Shown one piece after another: positions 21,293 to 32,800 of a DNA stretch of 64,000 bases. Within the stretch, counting starts at the first letter, position 1. Every line of letters begins with the position of its first letter. A model generated the notes under the pieces. That model did no database searches. It saw nothing but the letters and a program-made list of their open reading frames with translations, and was not told the origin of the DNA. Made by a program: the position numbers and the translations under genes. Origin of the DNA: Diplonema japonicum (taxonomy: Eukaryota > Protista > Euglenozoa: Diplonemea); assembly GCA_964019335.1 (NCBI GenBank), contig OZ025720.1, positions 419,989 through 483,988 on the forward strand, read 5' to 3'.

Positions 21293-24200
21293 CTATAGCT
21301 CACGGGACGGGGCACAAGGCAGAATGTGCGGGGGGCGGAAGCGGCGGAGGTGGAGGGACGAGAGGAGGACACATATAGAAGAGCATATCATAGCGATGCC
21401 ACCAAAGGTGGGTGGAAGTTGGTACCTACACAGCGGGAACAAAAGTCCTGCTGCAATGGGAAGGGCTATTGTATTGTAACCGAATGCCCAAAAGAAGTTG
21501 AGTTTGATACGCCTCATAGTGGTCCTGGACAGGGACAAGAAGGTGACCACGTCACGCAGGTCAGACCTTGTTAGCACGCAGTCCGCAGCATCGATAGCAA
21601 TAGTGGTCCCAGCCCCCAAGGCAATACCCACATCTGCCTCGACTAGGGCGGGTGTGTCATTCACACCATCCCCAACGAAGGCCACCACCTTCCCTTTCCC
21701 ATCCTCGTGTATCAGGGGCTGCGTCGTGATGCTGGCCATCTCGATGTCGTCCGAGTCAACACCCGTCTCGGCCCCTGTCATCAGTGCCTTCACTGTCTCC
21801 GCTTTCTCGGCAGGCAGCATCTCTGACAACACATTTCTCTGCGAGATGCCCACCTGCCTTGCGAACTTCTCTGCAGGAGCCCTCCCATCGCCCGTCACCA
21901 TGTAAACCTCAACACCCTTTGCCTTCAGATATTTTACCGTTGCCCTTGCCTCGTCCTTAGGTTCATCCGACATAGCAAACACAGCATACCCATCACCCAC
22001 AATCGCCACGACCACTGTGGTGCCCTCTGAGAGCCATATCTCAGCCGTCTCCCTGACATCCTGTGGTACGTCATTGGACAGCCACCTAATGGACCCGATC
22101 TTGACCTTCACTTCCGTCTCTTCGACACGCACGACAGCCTCGACGCCTTTGCCGTGATGTGTCTGGTGTCCCGTCACAACGCAGGGCAGTGGGTCACAGA
22201 TGTGGTTGCAGATGGCCTTTGCCACTGGGTGCACCGATTGCTCCTCAACAGCATTCACAACACTGAGTAGTTGTATTTCAGTGAGCGAGTCCCCAGTACG
22301 GGTGTCGGACTTCTGCACACGGATCTTCCCAGTGGACAGAGTGCCTGTCTTATCGAACACTACACACGACACATTGTGCGCCATCTCTAGTGCGTCACCA
22401 CCCTTGATAAAAATGCCATTCTCAGCCCCCACGCCTGTGCCCACCATTACTGCAGTGGGTGTTGCCAACCCCATGGCACAGGGGCAGGCAATGACAAGCG
22501 TCGACACAAGGAAGTTGACTGCAAAGGCAAAAGGGGTCTCGTCAGTACCTCTGTAGGACTCAGGGTACAAGTCGAGGACGCCCAAGATGAGCCACGTGAA
22601 GAAGACAACCACAGCAAAGGTGATGACACAGGGCACGAAGATGCCTGCTACCTTGTCCGCGTACTTCTGAACAGGTGCCTTGTTCACCTGCGCCTCGTTG
22701 ACGAGCTTCAGGATCTGCGAAACGCAGGATTCGGAACCGACCTCCGTGGCCAGTACTACAGCTGAGCCGTCGATGCACAAAGTACCTCCTGCAACCTTGT
22801 CACCTTCGTGCTTCACGACAGGGACGGACTCTCCTGTGATCATGCTTTCGTCGACTGATACGCCCCCCGACACGATCTTACCATCCACAGGAACACTGCT
22901 GCCTGCGATGAGGCGCACCCTGTCGTTCTTCGCCACTTCGGCGACATCGACGTCTATAAAAGTGCCGTCCCTCTCGAGAATAGCTCGTGTGGGCTGCAGG
23001 TCCATCAAGTTGATAAGCGCGGCGGATGTTTTGCTCTTTGCTTGGTACTCGATGTACTTCCCTAGCAGCATGAAGGCGATCAAAGAGGAGGCCGTGTGGA
23101 ACACATAAGTGTACTTTCCCTCGCTGAAGCATGCTTGTGTGAGCATCACAGTCGATGTGACGAACGGCGTGATGACACCCAAAGTGACAAGGGCGTCCAT
23201 GGTAAAGGTTTTATGCGAGACGGCAACATAGGCCTTAAGGAAGAAGGGTTTGCCGTAGAGCACGACAACAGGAGTGGCGAAGAGCAGCTGGATGAAGGGC
23301 GTGGGTGTGAGACCCTGATAGAAGTGGTAGTTGAGGATGTTATCATGAACGTAACGAATCTTTGAGAAAATCATCATTAAGAACATAAGAGGGAGTGCGA
23401 GGCTCAGAGCAATGATGGCATCATGCTTTTTCTGTGAGATCTCCTTTTCGTGTGTGAGGTTCTCGCGCAGCTCTGCATGGTTTGTCATAACGCGGATTTC
23501 GAAACCAAGGCTTTGCACCTCTGCGATGACTCCCTCTTCGCCGAAGCCGTCAACAAGGAAGCACACCCTCGCCACAGTGGTCGAGAAGTTGACAGTCGCA
23601 CTCCGAACATGGCGCGTGAGGTCGGAGAGGTGCTCCTCGATGCGCCCCGCACAACTAGCGCAGGTCATGCCACGTATGAGGAAGCTCATCGTTACCCATG
23701 TGACAGCATCACTGAGCGGGGGAGGGGGAGGCTTCGGTGACTCCGACGTCTCAGCAGAAGTATTGTAAATATCGAAGCCACTTACTTCATCCTCGGCAAC
23801 ACCAACCCTCACCACATCTGGTGCTTCCCCCACCACGTCTTCTCTTTCCTTCAACATAATCCCAAACTTCTTCAAGTCTAGCACCTTTCCGATCACTTCC
23901 TCTTGCTCTTTCTCTAGGTCCCCGTGTCCCAAGCACCACACTTTCAGCACTGCCGCCTCAATGTCTACTTCCACTTTCCGTGGTCGAAGCGCCCTGCGTA
24001 TCCTCACAACACACGAGTTGCACACTACGTTCGTTACATTAAATGAAATGACTGTCTGCGTCACCGTTCTCGGGGCAGCAGGAAGCTGGCAGTCCTCGAG
24101 CACTTTTTTGAGACTCTCGAGAGTGACATCTGCAGACAACTTTGCGTACAAAGTGGTGTCCTGCAAGCTGTAAAAGAAATCGTTGTTGGGTGTCAGCGAT

Positions 24201-24871
24201 AGCTGTTTCAAACGCCTAGCTATTTTAGAAACGCAGCTCTTGCAATGCACGGTAGGTGACTTCAGAACAGCAACATCAACAACACTACCTGCAGGGCTAG
24301 GGTCAGAGGTGCGGAGGAGGAACGCCTTGCAGAGGTGAGGGGAGAGGTGGGAGAGTTGCTTCCCAGGATCACATGATGAAAGGGGGACAGGACCAAGAGA
24401 AGCAAGAGGGACGTCCACAAAGAACTTGTTGTTGGTAAGTGGTAAACGTGTTGCTTCAGTGGGCTTGAAAGACAGGCACTTGGGTGTGGCATAAGTCACA
24501 GCAACTGTTTTGTAACTATCATTGAGCGTCTTGGCGAGGTGGGAGAGCACGTTCCCACTCGCCGTGTAACTAACTTTGTACACAGTCAAGTCACCTGAAG
24601 TCCGCAGGACCATACTGCCCGTCACATCGGGGGTCCTTTCGATAGCTACAGCGACCTCTTCGCAGCTCCCATGCACCCATAAGACACCGTGTTCTGAATT
24701 GCCTTCCACCCCTACGCACCCCAACCCGCACAGTCGTTCTATCACATCGTTCAAACTACCTTCCACACGTACTAACGTCTTGTTGTCCTCATCCACAAGC
24801 TGTACGCCCTGTAGTGTCCCCACCGCCTCCTTCCATCCCTCTCGCACCCCGCGTACTGTCAGCTCTTGCAT
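21293..24871 (-). CDS. ATP7: P1B-type copper-transporting ATPase (ATP7/CopA-like) with three HMA motifs
   Basis: CKSC, CNSC, MTCASC; TGES; IACPCAMGLATPTA; DKTGT; HP; GDGVND; YN; MICSS. Confidence 0.93.
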   Translation of the reverse strand: MQELTVRGVREGWKEAVGTLQGVQLVDEDNKTLVRVEGSLNDVIERLCGLGCVGVEGNSEHGVLWVHGSCEEVAVAIERTPDVTGSMVLRTSGDLTVYKVSYTASGNVLSHLAKTLNDSYKTVAVTYATPKCLSFKPTEATRLPLTNNKFFVDVPLASLGPVPLSSCDPGKQLSHLSPHLCKAFLLRTSDPSPAGSVVDVAVLKSPTVHCKSCVSKIARRLKQLSLTPNNDFFYSLQDTTLYAKLSADVTLESLKKVLEDCQLPAAPRTVTQTVISFNVTNVVCNSCVVRIRRALRPRKVEVDIEAAVLKVWCLGHGDLEKEQEEVIGKVLDLKKFGIMLKEREDVVGEAPDVVRVGVAEDEVSGFDIYNTSAETSESPKPPPPPLSDAVTWVTMSFLIRGMTCASCAGRIEEHLSDLTRHVRSATVNFSTTVARVCFLVDGFGEEGVIAEVQSLGFEIRVMTNHAELRENLTHEKEISQKKHDAIIALSLALPLMFLMMIFSKIRYVHDNILNYHFYQGLTPTPFIQLLFATPVVVLYGKPFFLKAYVAVSHKTFTMDALVTLGVITPFVTSTVMLTQACFSEGKYTYVFHTASSLIAFMLLGKYIEYQAKSKTSAALINLMDLQPTRAILERDGTFIDVDVAEVAKNDRVRLIAGSSVPVDGKIVSGGVSVDESMITGESVPVVKHEGDKVAGGTLCIDGSAVVLATEVGSESCVSQILKLVNEAQVNKAPVQKYADKVAGIFVPCVITFAVVVFFTWLILGVLDLYPESYRGTDETPFAFAVNFLVSTLVIACPCAMGLATPTAVMVGTGVGAENGIFIKGGDALEMAHNVSCVVFDKTGTLSTGKIRVQKSDTRTGDSLTEIQLLSVVNAVEEQSVHPVAKAICNHICDPLPCVVTGHQTHHGKGVEAVVRVEETEVKVKIGSIRWLSNDVPQDVRETAEIWLSEGTTVVVAIVGDGYAVFAMSDEPKDEARATVKYLKAKGVEVYMVTGDGRAPAEKFARQVGISQRNVLSEMLPAEKAETVKALMTGAETGVDSDDIEMASITTQPLIHEDGKGKVVAFVGDGVNDTPALVEADVGIALGAGTTIAIDAADCVLTRSDLRDVVTFLSLSRTTMRRIKLNFFWAFGYNTIALPIAAGLLFPLCRYQLPPTFGGIAMICSSICVLLSSLHLRRFRPPHILPCAPSREL

Positions 24872-25197
24872 AAACCCACCTGTAAGAGTAGTAAATGATG
24901 GGCAAAGAAAATGATTAAATCAAAACCTCCAGCTGCATCCCGTGCTGAGGTAGAAGACTGGATTCCAACTGCATAGCTTCGTGCTACGCTAGGTTTTCGA
25001 AGAGGAAAAAACAAGACAAACGTAAGTGAACAAAAGAGGTTTCCGACGATGTAGAAACAACAAACAACAGCAACATAAGAGAATATAAAAAAAAAAAAAA
25101 AAAGAAAAGAAAAAAAATGTAATAATAATAAAGGAACATCGCAACCCATGAGGGCAGGACACATCACGTTTAAGGTCTAGCTGAGGGAAGAACTCCC

Positions 25198-26271
25198 TTA
25201 TGGGGTGTAGATAGTCTGCTGGTCAATGGTTTGGTACTTGCCTGTCCAGGGGTCGAGGCGTTTGTAGCTTGTGATAGTGCCGTTCTGGGTAAGGTCGATG
25301 ACGCGAGCCCTACGTGCCCACCCCTTTTTACCATAGGCGTGAAAGCCCGACCCCCCGCAGTAGCACAGGTTGATGCCGTGCCAGTTCCCGCAGAAGTCGT
25401 TGTTATGATCGTGTCCCACGTTGGTCATCTTGATGTCGCCAGTCTCCAGCATGGCAGTGAAGAGGCCGGATGCCACGTCGGGGCACGACACAGGCTCCTG
25501 GTGCTTGCCGACGATCTTCGTGGTTGCGAGCATGTCGTTGTAGGGCATGATGGGGATGTGGAAGAAGCCCACTGCAGGCAACACCTTCTTGTTGCGGTCT
25601 GCAAGGCCTAGTGACGTGTTGAGGTACCACGCGATCTGGTCGTTCCAGATCCAGTCATAACCGCTCACAGTTGAGTACTTGCTGTAGTCCCCGCTGTCGA
25701 AGAAGTAGAGGTACATGGCGTCCGTTGTGTTGGTACTGTCGGTGAGCCTGATGTACGTGTTTCCGTACCCGTGGATGTCGCTGGGGCCGAGCTTGGACAG
25801 GGACCCCGGGCGGGACCTCAGGACATCCATGACCTGCTTTCTGTCGAGGTCCGCCTGCTGGTCGTGGTTGCCTTCCACTGCGATCCAGGGCTTCCCGTAC
25901 CTCACGACGACTTCGGACCACTGCAGCATGCTGGCCGTTGCGTTCGTGGAGCCACCGTCGATGTTGTCACCGGTGAAGACGACAAGGTCCGGCTTTTCTG
26001 ATTCCAGCAAGGCTTCCAAGAAGGCCGTCGTGTTCAAGTCGCTGCAAGGGAACTTCGACTGCGCGGCGTCTAGGTCAGCGCAGTTTGTTGTCGAGCCTTG
26101 TTCAAAATGCATGTCAGCAAACTGTAAGATCCTCATCTTGCCGCCCACCATGGGCAACGTGGCGGTCGCCTCTCCCAAGACAGGTGCCCCCCTTGCCCTG
26201 AACTTCTCGATGAGCCCTTGCCCACTGACACAGCCAGCAAGCAGTGCTACCAGAAGACACGTTTTTTTCAT
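25198..26271 (-). CDS. Secreted calcineurin-like metallophosphoesterase (PAP29/DCR2-like)
   Basis: Signal peptide; FADMH, VFTGDNI, GNHD, FFHIP, GHDHNNDF, YG...GW.RRARV. Confidence 0.9.
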   Translation of the reverse strand: MKKTCLLVALLAGCVSGQGLIEKFRARGAPVLGEATATLPMVGGKMRILQFADMHFEQGSTTNCADLDAAQSKFPCSDLNTTAFLEALLESEKPDLVVFTGDNIDGGSTNATASMLQWSEVVVRYGKPWIAVEGNHDQQADLDRKQVMDVLRSRPGSLSKLGPSDIHGYGNTYIRLTDSTNTTDAMYLYFFDSGDYSKYSTVSGYDWIWNDQIAWYLNTSLGLADRNKKVLPAVGFFHIPIMPYNDMLATTKIVGKHQEPVSCPDVASGLFTAMLETGDIKMTNVGHDHNNDFCGNWHGINLCYCGGSGFHAYGKKGWARRARVIDLTQNGTITSYKRLDPWTGKYQTIDQQTIYTP

Positions 26272-27040
26272 CTTGGATATAAACCTTCAGAAGCATTGTT
26301 ATGTATGCGGCGTGTGGTGAGTTCAAGAAAGCTAAAGAAAATGAGGTCGAACAAGAGGGAAAAAAGAAGGGGGGGGGGGGACTTGACTTGACTTGACTAG
26401 AAGCTGGGCTGGTGGGGGAAAAGACATTTAGCTTACATTACCAACAAAACAATGAGTCATTATTTAAACTTTCTTTTCCGGTTTCTTTTTTTTTTCCTCC
26501 CCTACACTCGGGCCCTGAATATCCGGTAACGAGAATTAAACGAATGGCTCAGTTGGTAGGTGTTCCGACCTTCGTCACTTCAGTCACTCTACACAGTTTT
26601 TAATACACGACCTTATAGCAGCAAAGCATGCAGACACCAGGGGTCCAAGAAGATGTCGCAGTAGTCACAACTGACTCACAAGTTGGGCCCTTTTCACTTT
26701 GGTGGGCAGAAATAGTCCAAACACCCCCCAAAAAAACTTTTTTTGAGGGAAGTAGATTTTTCCACAAGTTAGCGTGCTTGGTCTAGTGCGTGAAATATTA
26801 CGCTCCATATTCGCTAAGTGACCCACCAGAAACCGCATTTTGAAGAGCTAAAAAAATTTCTAATTGCTTTTTCTAGGGTTGGAATGGATTTATTTGCGTC
26901 CGGGGCCCAATGTTCGACATATGGATTTTTTTTTTGTAATAAAATTTTTTTTGGTGATTTGCCTTACTTTGTACTATACAAAATGAAGCAGCTCCGGTGG
27001 AAAAAACACGGCACAAGTGGGGTTCGAACCCTGAAAAAAC

Positions 27041-27120
27041 CACTGCGTCGGGATTCGAACCCGCGACTCCGGAACAAGGGGGCCTGACAGGTGAGCACAG
27101 TAACCACTCTACCACACAGG
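27041..27120 (-). pseudogene. Degenerate tRNA-like sequence (Asp GTC-like) inside the TIR element
   Basis: A-box-like tggtagagtggtt, ctGTCag loop, T-arm cggg-ttcgaat-cccg and a partial acceptor stem. The anticodon stem does not pair. Confidence 0.5.
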
Positions 27121-27494
27121 AATTCAAAACTCTGACCCACGTCACTTTCAAATGACTATGCCATTCCATTTGGACTGTACGTTGCCCTGTGGTGGACGGC
27201 GTAGACGCGCATCTGTCTCTTCAACTATAAACTCCCCTATGGAACCCTCTTTGACCTTCTCGTCATCTCCACCCATTTGTATTTGGTGATTACGGCCGAA
27301 GTGCAGAGGACAGGACTGTTATGCTTACTGACTAACAACTAACAATCTTACAATGTTAAGAGCTGTCCTTCCCTCAAAACTGCACTTTTCTTCAACTAGA
27401 CTCCCACAAGCTTACGAAAAGCTTTCGCGGAAACACCGGTTCAGGCTGCCGTTTCTCCCCTGTGGTGAGCCTAAAGTGGGGGGCCTAAAAAAAT

Positions 27495-27566
27495 CCGCTG
27501 GAGTGGGGCTTGAACCCGCTTCGCCTAGGTACAGGGCAAAGCCCCCCCAACTAGACTACTATGCCT
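27495..27566 (-). pseudogene. Second degenerate tRNA-like sequence inside the TIR element
   Basis: Minus strand ggcatagtagtctagttgg (A-box-like) ... gcgggttcaagcccc (B-box/T-arm). Confidence 0.35.
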
Positions 27567-29195
27567 TCGAAAATATTTTCGGCCGAACTACTGGTCAGGA
27601 AGATGCTGGCTTCTGGGATCGAACCCTGTTAACCATGTTTTTCAAAGGGAAAAGTGCCCAGTTGCAAAAGTTTGGCAAAAATGGCCAAAACCCAAAATGG
27701 CGACTTCCAAGGTCATTTTGGTTGGCCCCCAATATTTTTTTTTTGGAAAATTCTTTTTGGAACTTCCTTGGAACTCACCGTTCTTTCATGTTCGACATAT
27801 GGATTTTTTGGGAAAAAAATTCAATGAACCTTTGGGCATTTTTGACATTTTTTCCCCTATATCCCCCTATAACCCCTTTGGGACATAGGGCGGGTCACTT
27901 AGCGAATATGGAGCGTTAAAAAAAAAGGGGGAAATGACGTAGGGTGAGAATAAAATAATTTAAAGCCGCTTTCCCTTAGCCCCCTTTTTTTCTCGTTTTA
28001 TTTTCTTCACCCCTGTCGAATCATAAAGTATAGATCACCCTCCTTTTTTGGTGTATTGGGCATTTAGGGATTAGAAGCCAACCGTTCCTTTCGTAGTTCA
28101 TGAGACCCTCTCGGCCAGAGGAAGGGTACGAAGCAAGACATAACGGAAAAGTTAAGGAGAAAGAACAGAAGAAGGATGGGGAATTAGAGGAAAACCGCGT
28201 AGCGCGTAATCAGGAGGATATAAAAAAAAAAAGAGAAAAAAAAATCGGAAGAAAGAAAGAGCATGCTGCATAGCTACTTTACAAAATAAAAGTGGAGTAG
28301 GGAAGGAGGGGGGATACCCAACTCGACCTTTTCGTTTAATGGTCAATGTTTGGCTTTCATTTGGTTGGTATCCAATAACCCGATGGAAGAAATATTTGGG
28401 ATTTTTCCAAACCCAATAATCTTTGTTGGGTGGCTAGGTTGTAGCTAACAAGGCTCTCGTATCAATTTCAATGATCTGGGATCGGTCCAGCTTCCCAACT
28501 CGTATGCACTGTATGCCTGGGGGGGAAAATCCTTGTCTATAAGGATAAGGGGAAGGGGGCGAAGTAGGAAGAAGAGGAATGACATAGGGTAGCCCCACCC
28601 CAGTCCCTGCCCACTTGAGTGGACCCACCTTATTGTTGTGATTCGATATTTTGGGGTGTTCTTTCTTTTTTTTTTTTGAATCTTGAAAAAAAGGGGGGGG
28701 GGTGTTGAAGAATAGGAATGGGGGAAACAAATAATGAGGAAAAAGAAACGAACCTTTACCAAAAGAAGAAAAAAGAAAATAGGGACTAAGACGAGGTACC
28801 TGCTTCTGCTCTTACATATCGCTACCTACCTTCTTTGGGCGGCCTCTGACAGAAGGAAGGGATACCACTCGTTTTTACCTCTTCACCTTGTCCACGATAC
28901 TGTGAAGCCAGAGAAGGGCCTCAAACGTCCTATCCCTGAGTACAAACAATCTATGTAGTATCCCCCCTGGCAGGGGAATTCTTTCTTTTCCCCTTGGGGA
29001 CCCTAAGGTAAGCAGCCTCTATCAATCTGCCAGGAAAGGAATAAACTCGATCTACTTTTCTTTTTGCGATGCGCTGGTTGGTGCCCACCGCAAAAAATAA
29101 AATAAAATAAAAAGAAAAATCCAGTGCGACAACAAAACTATACCTTTTTTTTTTTCCCCTCGTGTTCTCTCTTTCTTCTTCCTTTTCTTTCTGGC

Positions 29196-29229
<34 letters not shown>

Positions 29230-29880
29230 TTTCCCCATCCCAAAACCCTACCAACAATCTAAGGGTTAAAAAGAAAAGAGAAAAAAAACGTATTTTCATA
29301 GAGGACAGTTTTATCTCTCGAAGATTTTCTAATTAACTTGCTTCTTCCGTCCCCCAGCTTCTTGACATTCGGCTGCTGTACTGATGTGATGGCGTTGTGG
29401 TTGACTAGCTTGTAGTTACCTGCCGTTGCACATTCGTGGGGCCGAAAACTTCACCCAGCACAGCTAACGAAAAAAAACACAAGAACACTGTCAGCTTTGT
29501 GTTGTGGTCAGCGTGGTTCCGCCTTATCAGCACAGGCGACTTCGACTGCTCCCAGATCCCTTTCAAGGTGCTCCCCAAGAACCACATCGTCACAATGCCC
29601 TCCCGCACCTTCGAACACGTTGTCACTGTCTTCGACCACAGGTCCCCGCACACAGGTAGGGTCAGGTTCATGTTTGATACCCTTTTTCTGTTGTCATTCT
29701 TTTTAAATGCATATAAAAAAAAAAAGAAAAATGGATATTGGAGGGGACGGAGGGATATGGTATTGGAGGGGACAGAGGGGGGTTCTTATTTCGTTTCTTT
29801 TTTTATGGTTTGTAAAAACCAAAAGCGCATAAAAGGAAAGAAGAAACCGACTGGGGGAAAAAAAAAGAAGACGTACGTTT

Positions 29881-32800
29881 CTACAAGACAGGCAGTGGAA
29901 GCGTCTCTAGCTGCTTCATCTTCGGTGCCTCCACCACCATCGGATCAGGACACCGCAGCTTTGCGGTCGCCCTCAGCGGGAATGACCACGAGCCGTGCTT
30001 GTTGGTACGGTCTGCAATCTGCCGAGCGCCCCTACCCAGATCAAGGGGGGGCAAAGAGGGCACGGTTTGTGTGTTCATCTCCACAGATCTCTCCTCAATG
30101 GCAGGCCTTCCCTTGAACTGTGGACGGTGTGACCCTTTCGAGGGGATGGGAGGGCTCGGGGTCATCGTGCCGCTCACTGTGATGGGCACTTTTAAGGGGA
30201 TAAGCGTGTTGCAGCTCATAGCTTTCCCCATCTGCACTCTCGGCTTCGCCACCTTGCCCTTGTATACTCTCCTGACGTTTGGGCTTTTCATGGTCCCCCG
30301 CACAATCTTCTGTTGAGCTTTCCTCAGCACTCTCCGTAGCATTTCAGTCACGTTAGCGTTCACCTCAAGCTTCTTCTTTCCCAGCATGACTGCCCACCCT
30401 AGGCTGGCTCCGCTGGCGGAACCATCGCTTCCTGAAAATGAGAACGGTGTTGCGGGTGTCACTCGCAGCCACGTGCTGCTGTCCTCGATGTTCCACAGTG
30501 GCCCACACCCAAAGGTTCCAATGCAGCAGCCTGTGAGGGTGAATAGCTTCACTTGGCAGTCGCTTGCGGACGTGATGACGACGTGAAGGTCCCTCACGCG
30601 TGTCATGAACACAGTGCTCACCGCGTTGCTGTGCGCACGGAACACTCGCTTCAACGTTGCGTCGCCAGTGGTGGCGGCGACGTCAGTGGGCGAGTCGTTC
30701 TTTGTTCGTGCTGCTGGTTGGTCGCATTCCGGCACCAGATAAGCTTTGATGTCTATCTCCCACACATAAAGCACACCACACTCATCACCCGCAATCACAA
30801 CCTTGCCGCCTTGAGACGATGCTACAGCAGGGATCACCTTTCCTGCATATACCTTGCCATGGCTCAGGTTGAACACAACTGTTTTTAGTCTGACGGACCA
30901 CACTTTTATCACGTTATCTGCAGCTATCAACAACGCTTCGCGCTCCTGTTGATAGTGGACGCCCTCGATGTTGACACCTGGCGTGTAGTCGCCTATCATG
31001 TGCGAGGCTACCTCATTTCTGTGGTAGTTGTACAAGAGCACGATAGACTTGTCTGTACCGAGCGCGGAGTGGCCGGATGTCATTAACGTGATGCAAGTGA
31101 TGGCGATCGTGGAGTCGCCCTTTCTGCTCTCGAACAGGCCGCTGATGTCCGTGTGGTACCGCACTCGTTTCTCGTTTCTCGCATTCCCAGGCTTGTCTTC
31201 CCACAACAAGACAAGAGACCCGATACCCGCTAAGATGTGCTTCGAATACTTCTCCTTGTCATGTACGTAGGCGGCTGCTGCTATCTCCTTGCCCCTGGTG
31301 TGTACAATTGGTTCGCCAGACTGGGTTCGCACATCGAACTCCTTAAGCACTTGGCCATTAGCGTAGTTAAAAGCGGTGACACCGGTGTGGGAAGCAAGGA
31401 TTAGACGTCTGCCGTTCTCGTCGATGTTGAGGGCCACCGTCTGGTTGTCAGTGTTCAGGCCTGTGTTGTGGTGTGGATAAAAAGCATTCAAACGCCTCCC
31501 AGTCAGTGCATCCCACACCATGACACGTGACTTGTCTGAGGATATGACCTGTGTGAAGAGGGGGTTGAAGATGCATCCAACCACGGGTTCGTGGTGCCCT
31601 GTATACTTAGGTTCTGTGGGAAATTCGGTCAACGTCCCCTTGACACGGAACGAGCAGGGGTACGAGGCGGCACATACAATGCTGCTCCGTGTCGCGTCAT
31701 ACGCCAGAGTAGTGACGGTGTCTTCTATTTTGAAGTTCATTTCCTCATTCGTGATGGTTTGGAGGCACCTCATAGTGCGCAGGTCCCACACCTTAATAGC
31801 TTTGTCAAGCGACAGAGAGATGAGTTGTGACTGCTCTGGGTTGAAACAGATGTTCGCTAACGGCTGGTGGTGCCCATCCAGTCTATACACAGGTTTCGAT
31901 ATATAAGGGTTCCAGAGGAGGATGTGGCGCTCTGCTGCTGCGGAGGCCAGGAGCCTGTGTGACTCGGACCAGTCAAGCGAGAAAATAGACTTTTGCTGTG
32001 CCGAGTCTCCCAACACCCGTGTCACCTTGCCGCGTTCTAGCGACACTATCTTGATAGTTTTGTCCCAGCCTGCTGTGATCACACCATCGACGTAAGCCGC
32101 CGTCTTCACCTTACTGATCGGAGCCGTATGCAGAGAAAATGTGGCTTCACACGGCACGAGGCAGGGACTCCCATTCATCGTAGCGGTAGGGTCGTAAAGC
32201 TGGAGATGGCCACTTTTCAAACCTAAACACATGTAAGGTCCCCAGTCAGAGATACACATTGGTGTGTCCTCTAGTTCATGCAGAACACTCATTTCAACAT
32301 ACTGCCGCTCGCGACCTCCTGAGGCGACCTTCTGTACCTCTCTGGTGTAGGTGTCAAGGTCTGTGTCGCCTGCTGAGATGAGTTTTGTCATGTCGTGTGC
32401 GGTAGTTCGCACGTTGTCCTCACCTATTGATTTTTCTTCCTTGCCCCATGCATGTTTCTTGCCCACGAAGGCCTTCCAAATAGTGCCCTTGTTCTGCGTT
32501 ACATCGAAGACTGTGACGACCTTGTCCATCGAGCAGATCGCGAGTCTTGTATCATTCCTCAGGAAGACAGCATCTGTGATCCACGACCCGCCCTGGTAGA
32601 CCGTCTGCTCGAGCTGTTGTGTCACAGAACTCCACGCCTTCACGACTCCATCGCGCCCGCATGTGTAGTACTTGCCATTCCTTTTGTTGCAGAGCAGGCA
32701 GGTCGTATATCCTACGTGGTGGTCTGGGTCACGGAAAGCACCTGCTCGTGCGGGTATCTTCGAGTGTTCTGTTTGCTTGACGTACAAGCCGTTCATCGTG

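Larger units (their letters stand above)
26801..27915. mobile_element. Non-autonomous TIR element (1115 bp), 24-bp perfect TIRs, TTA target-site duplication
   Basis: cgctccatattcgctaagtgaccc at 26801-26824 and its reverse complement at 27892-27915, with tta on both flanks. Internal direct repeat tgttcgacatatggatttttt (~26911 and ~27789). No transposase ORF. Confidence 0.85.

Noticed and set aside
27041-27120. Functional tRNA-Asp gene
   Set aside because: The anticodon stem does not pair and the variable region is aberrant, so it is reported as a degenerate tRNA-like sequence.
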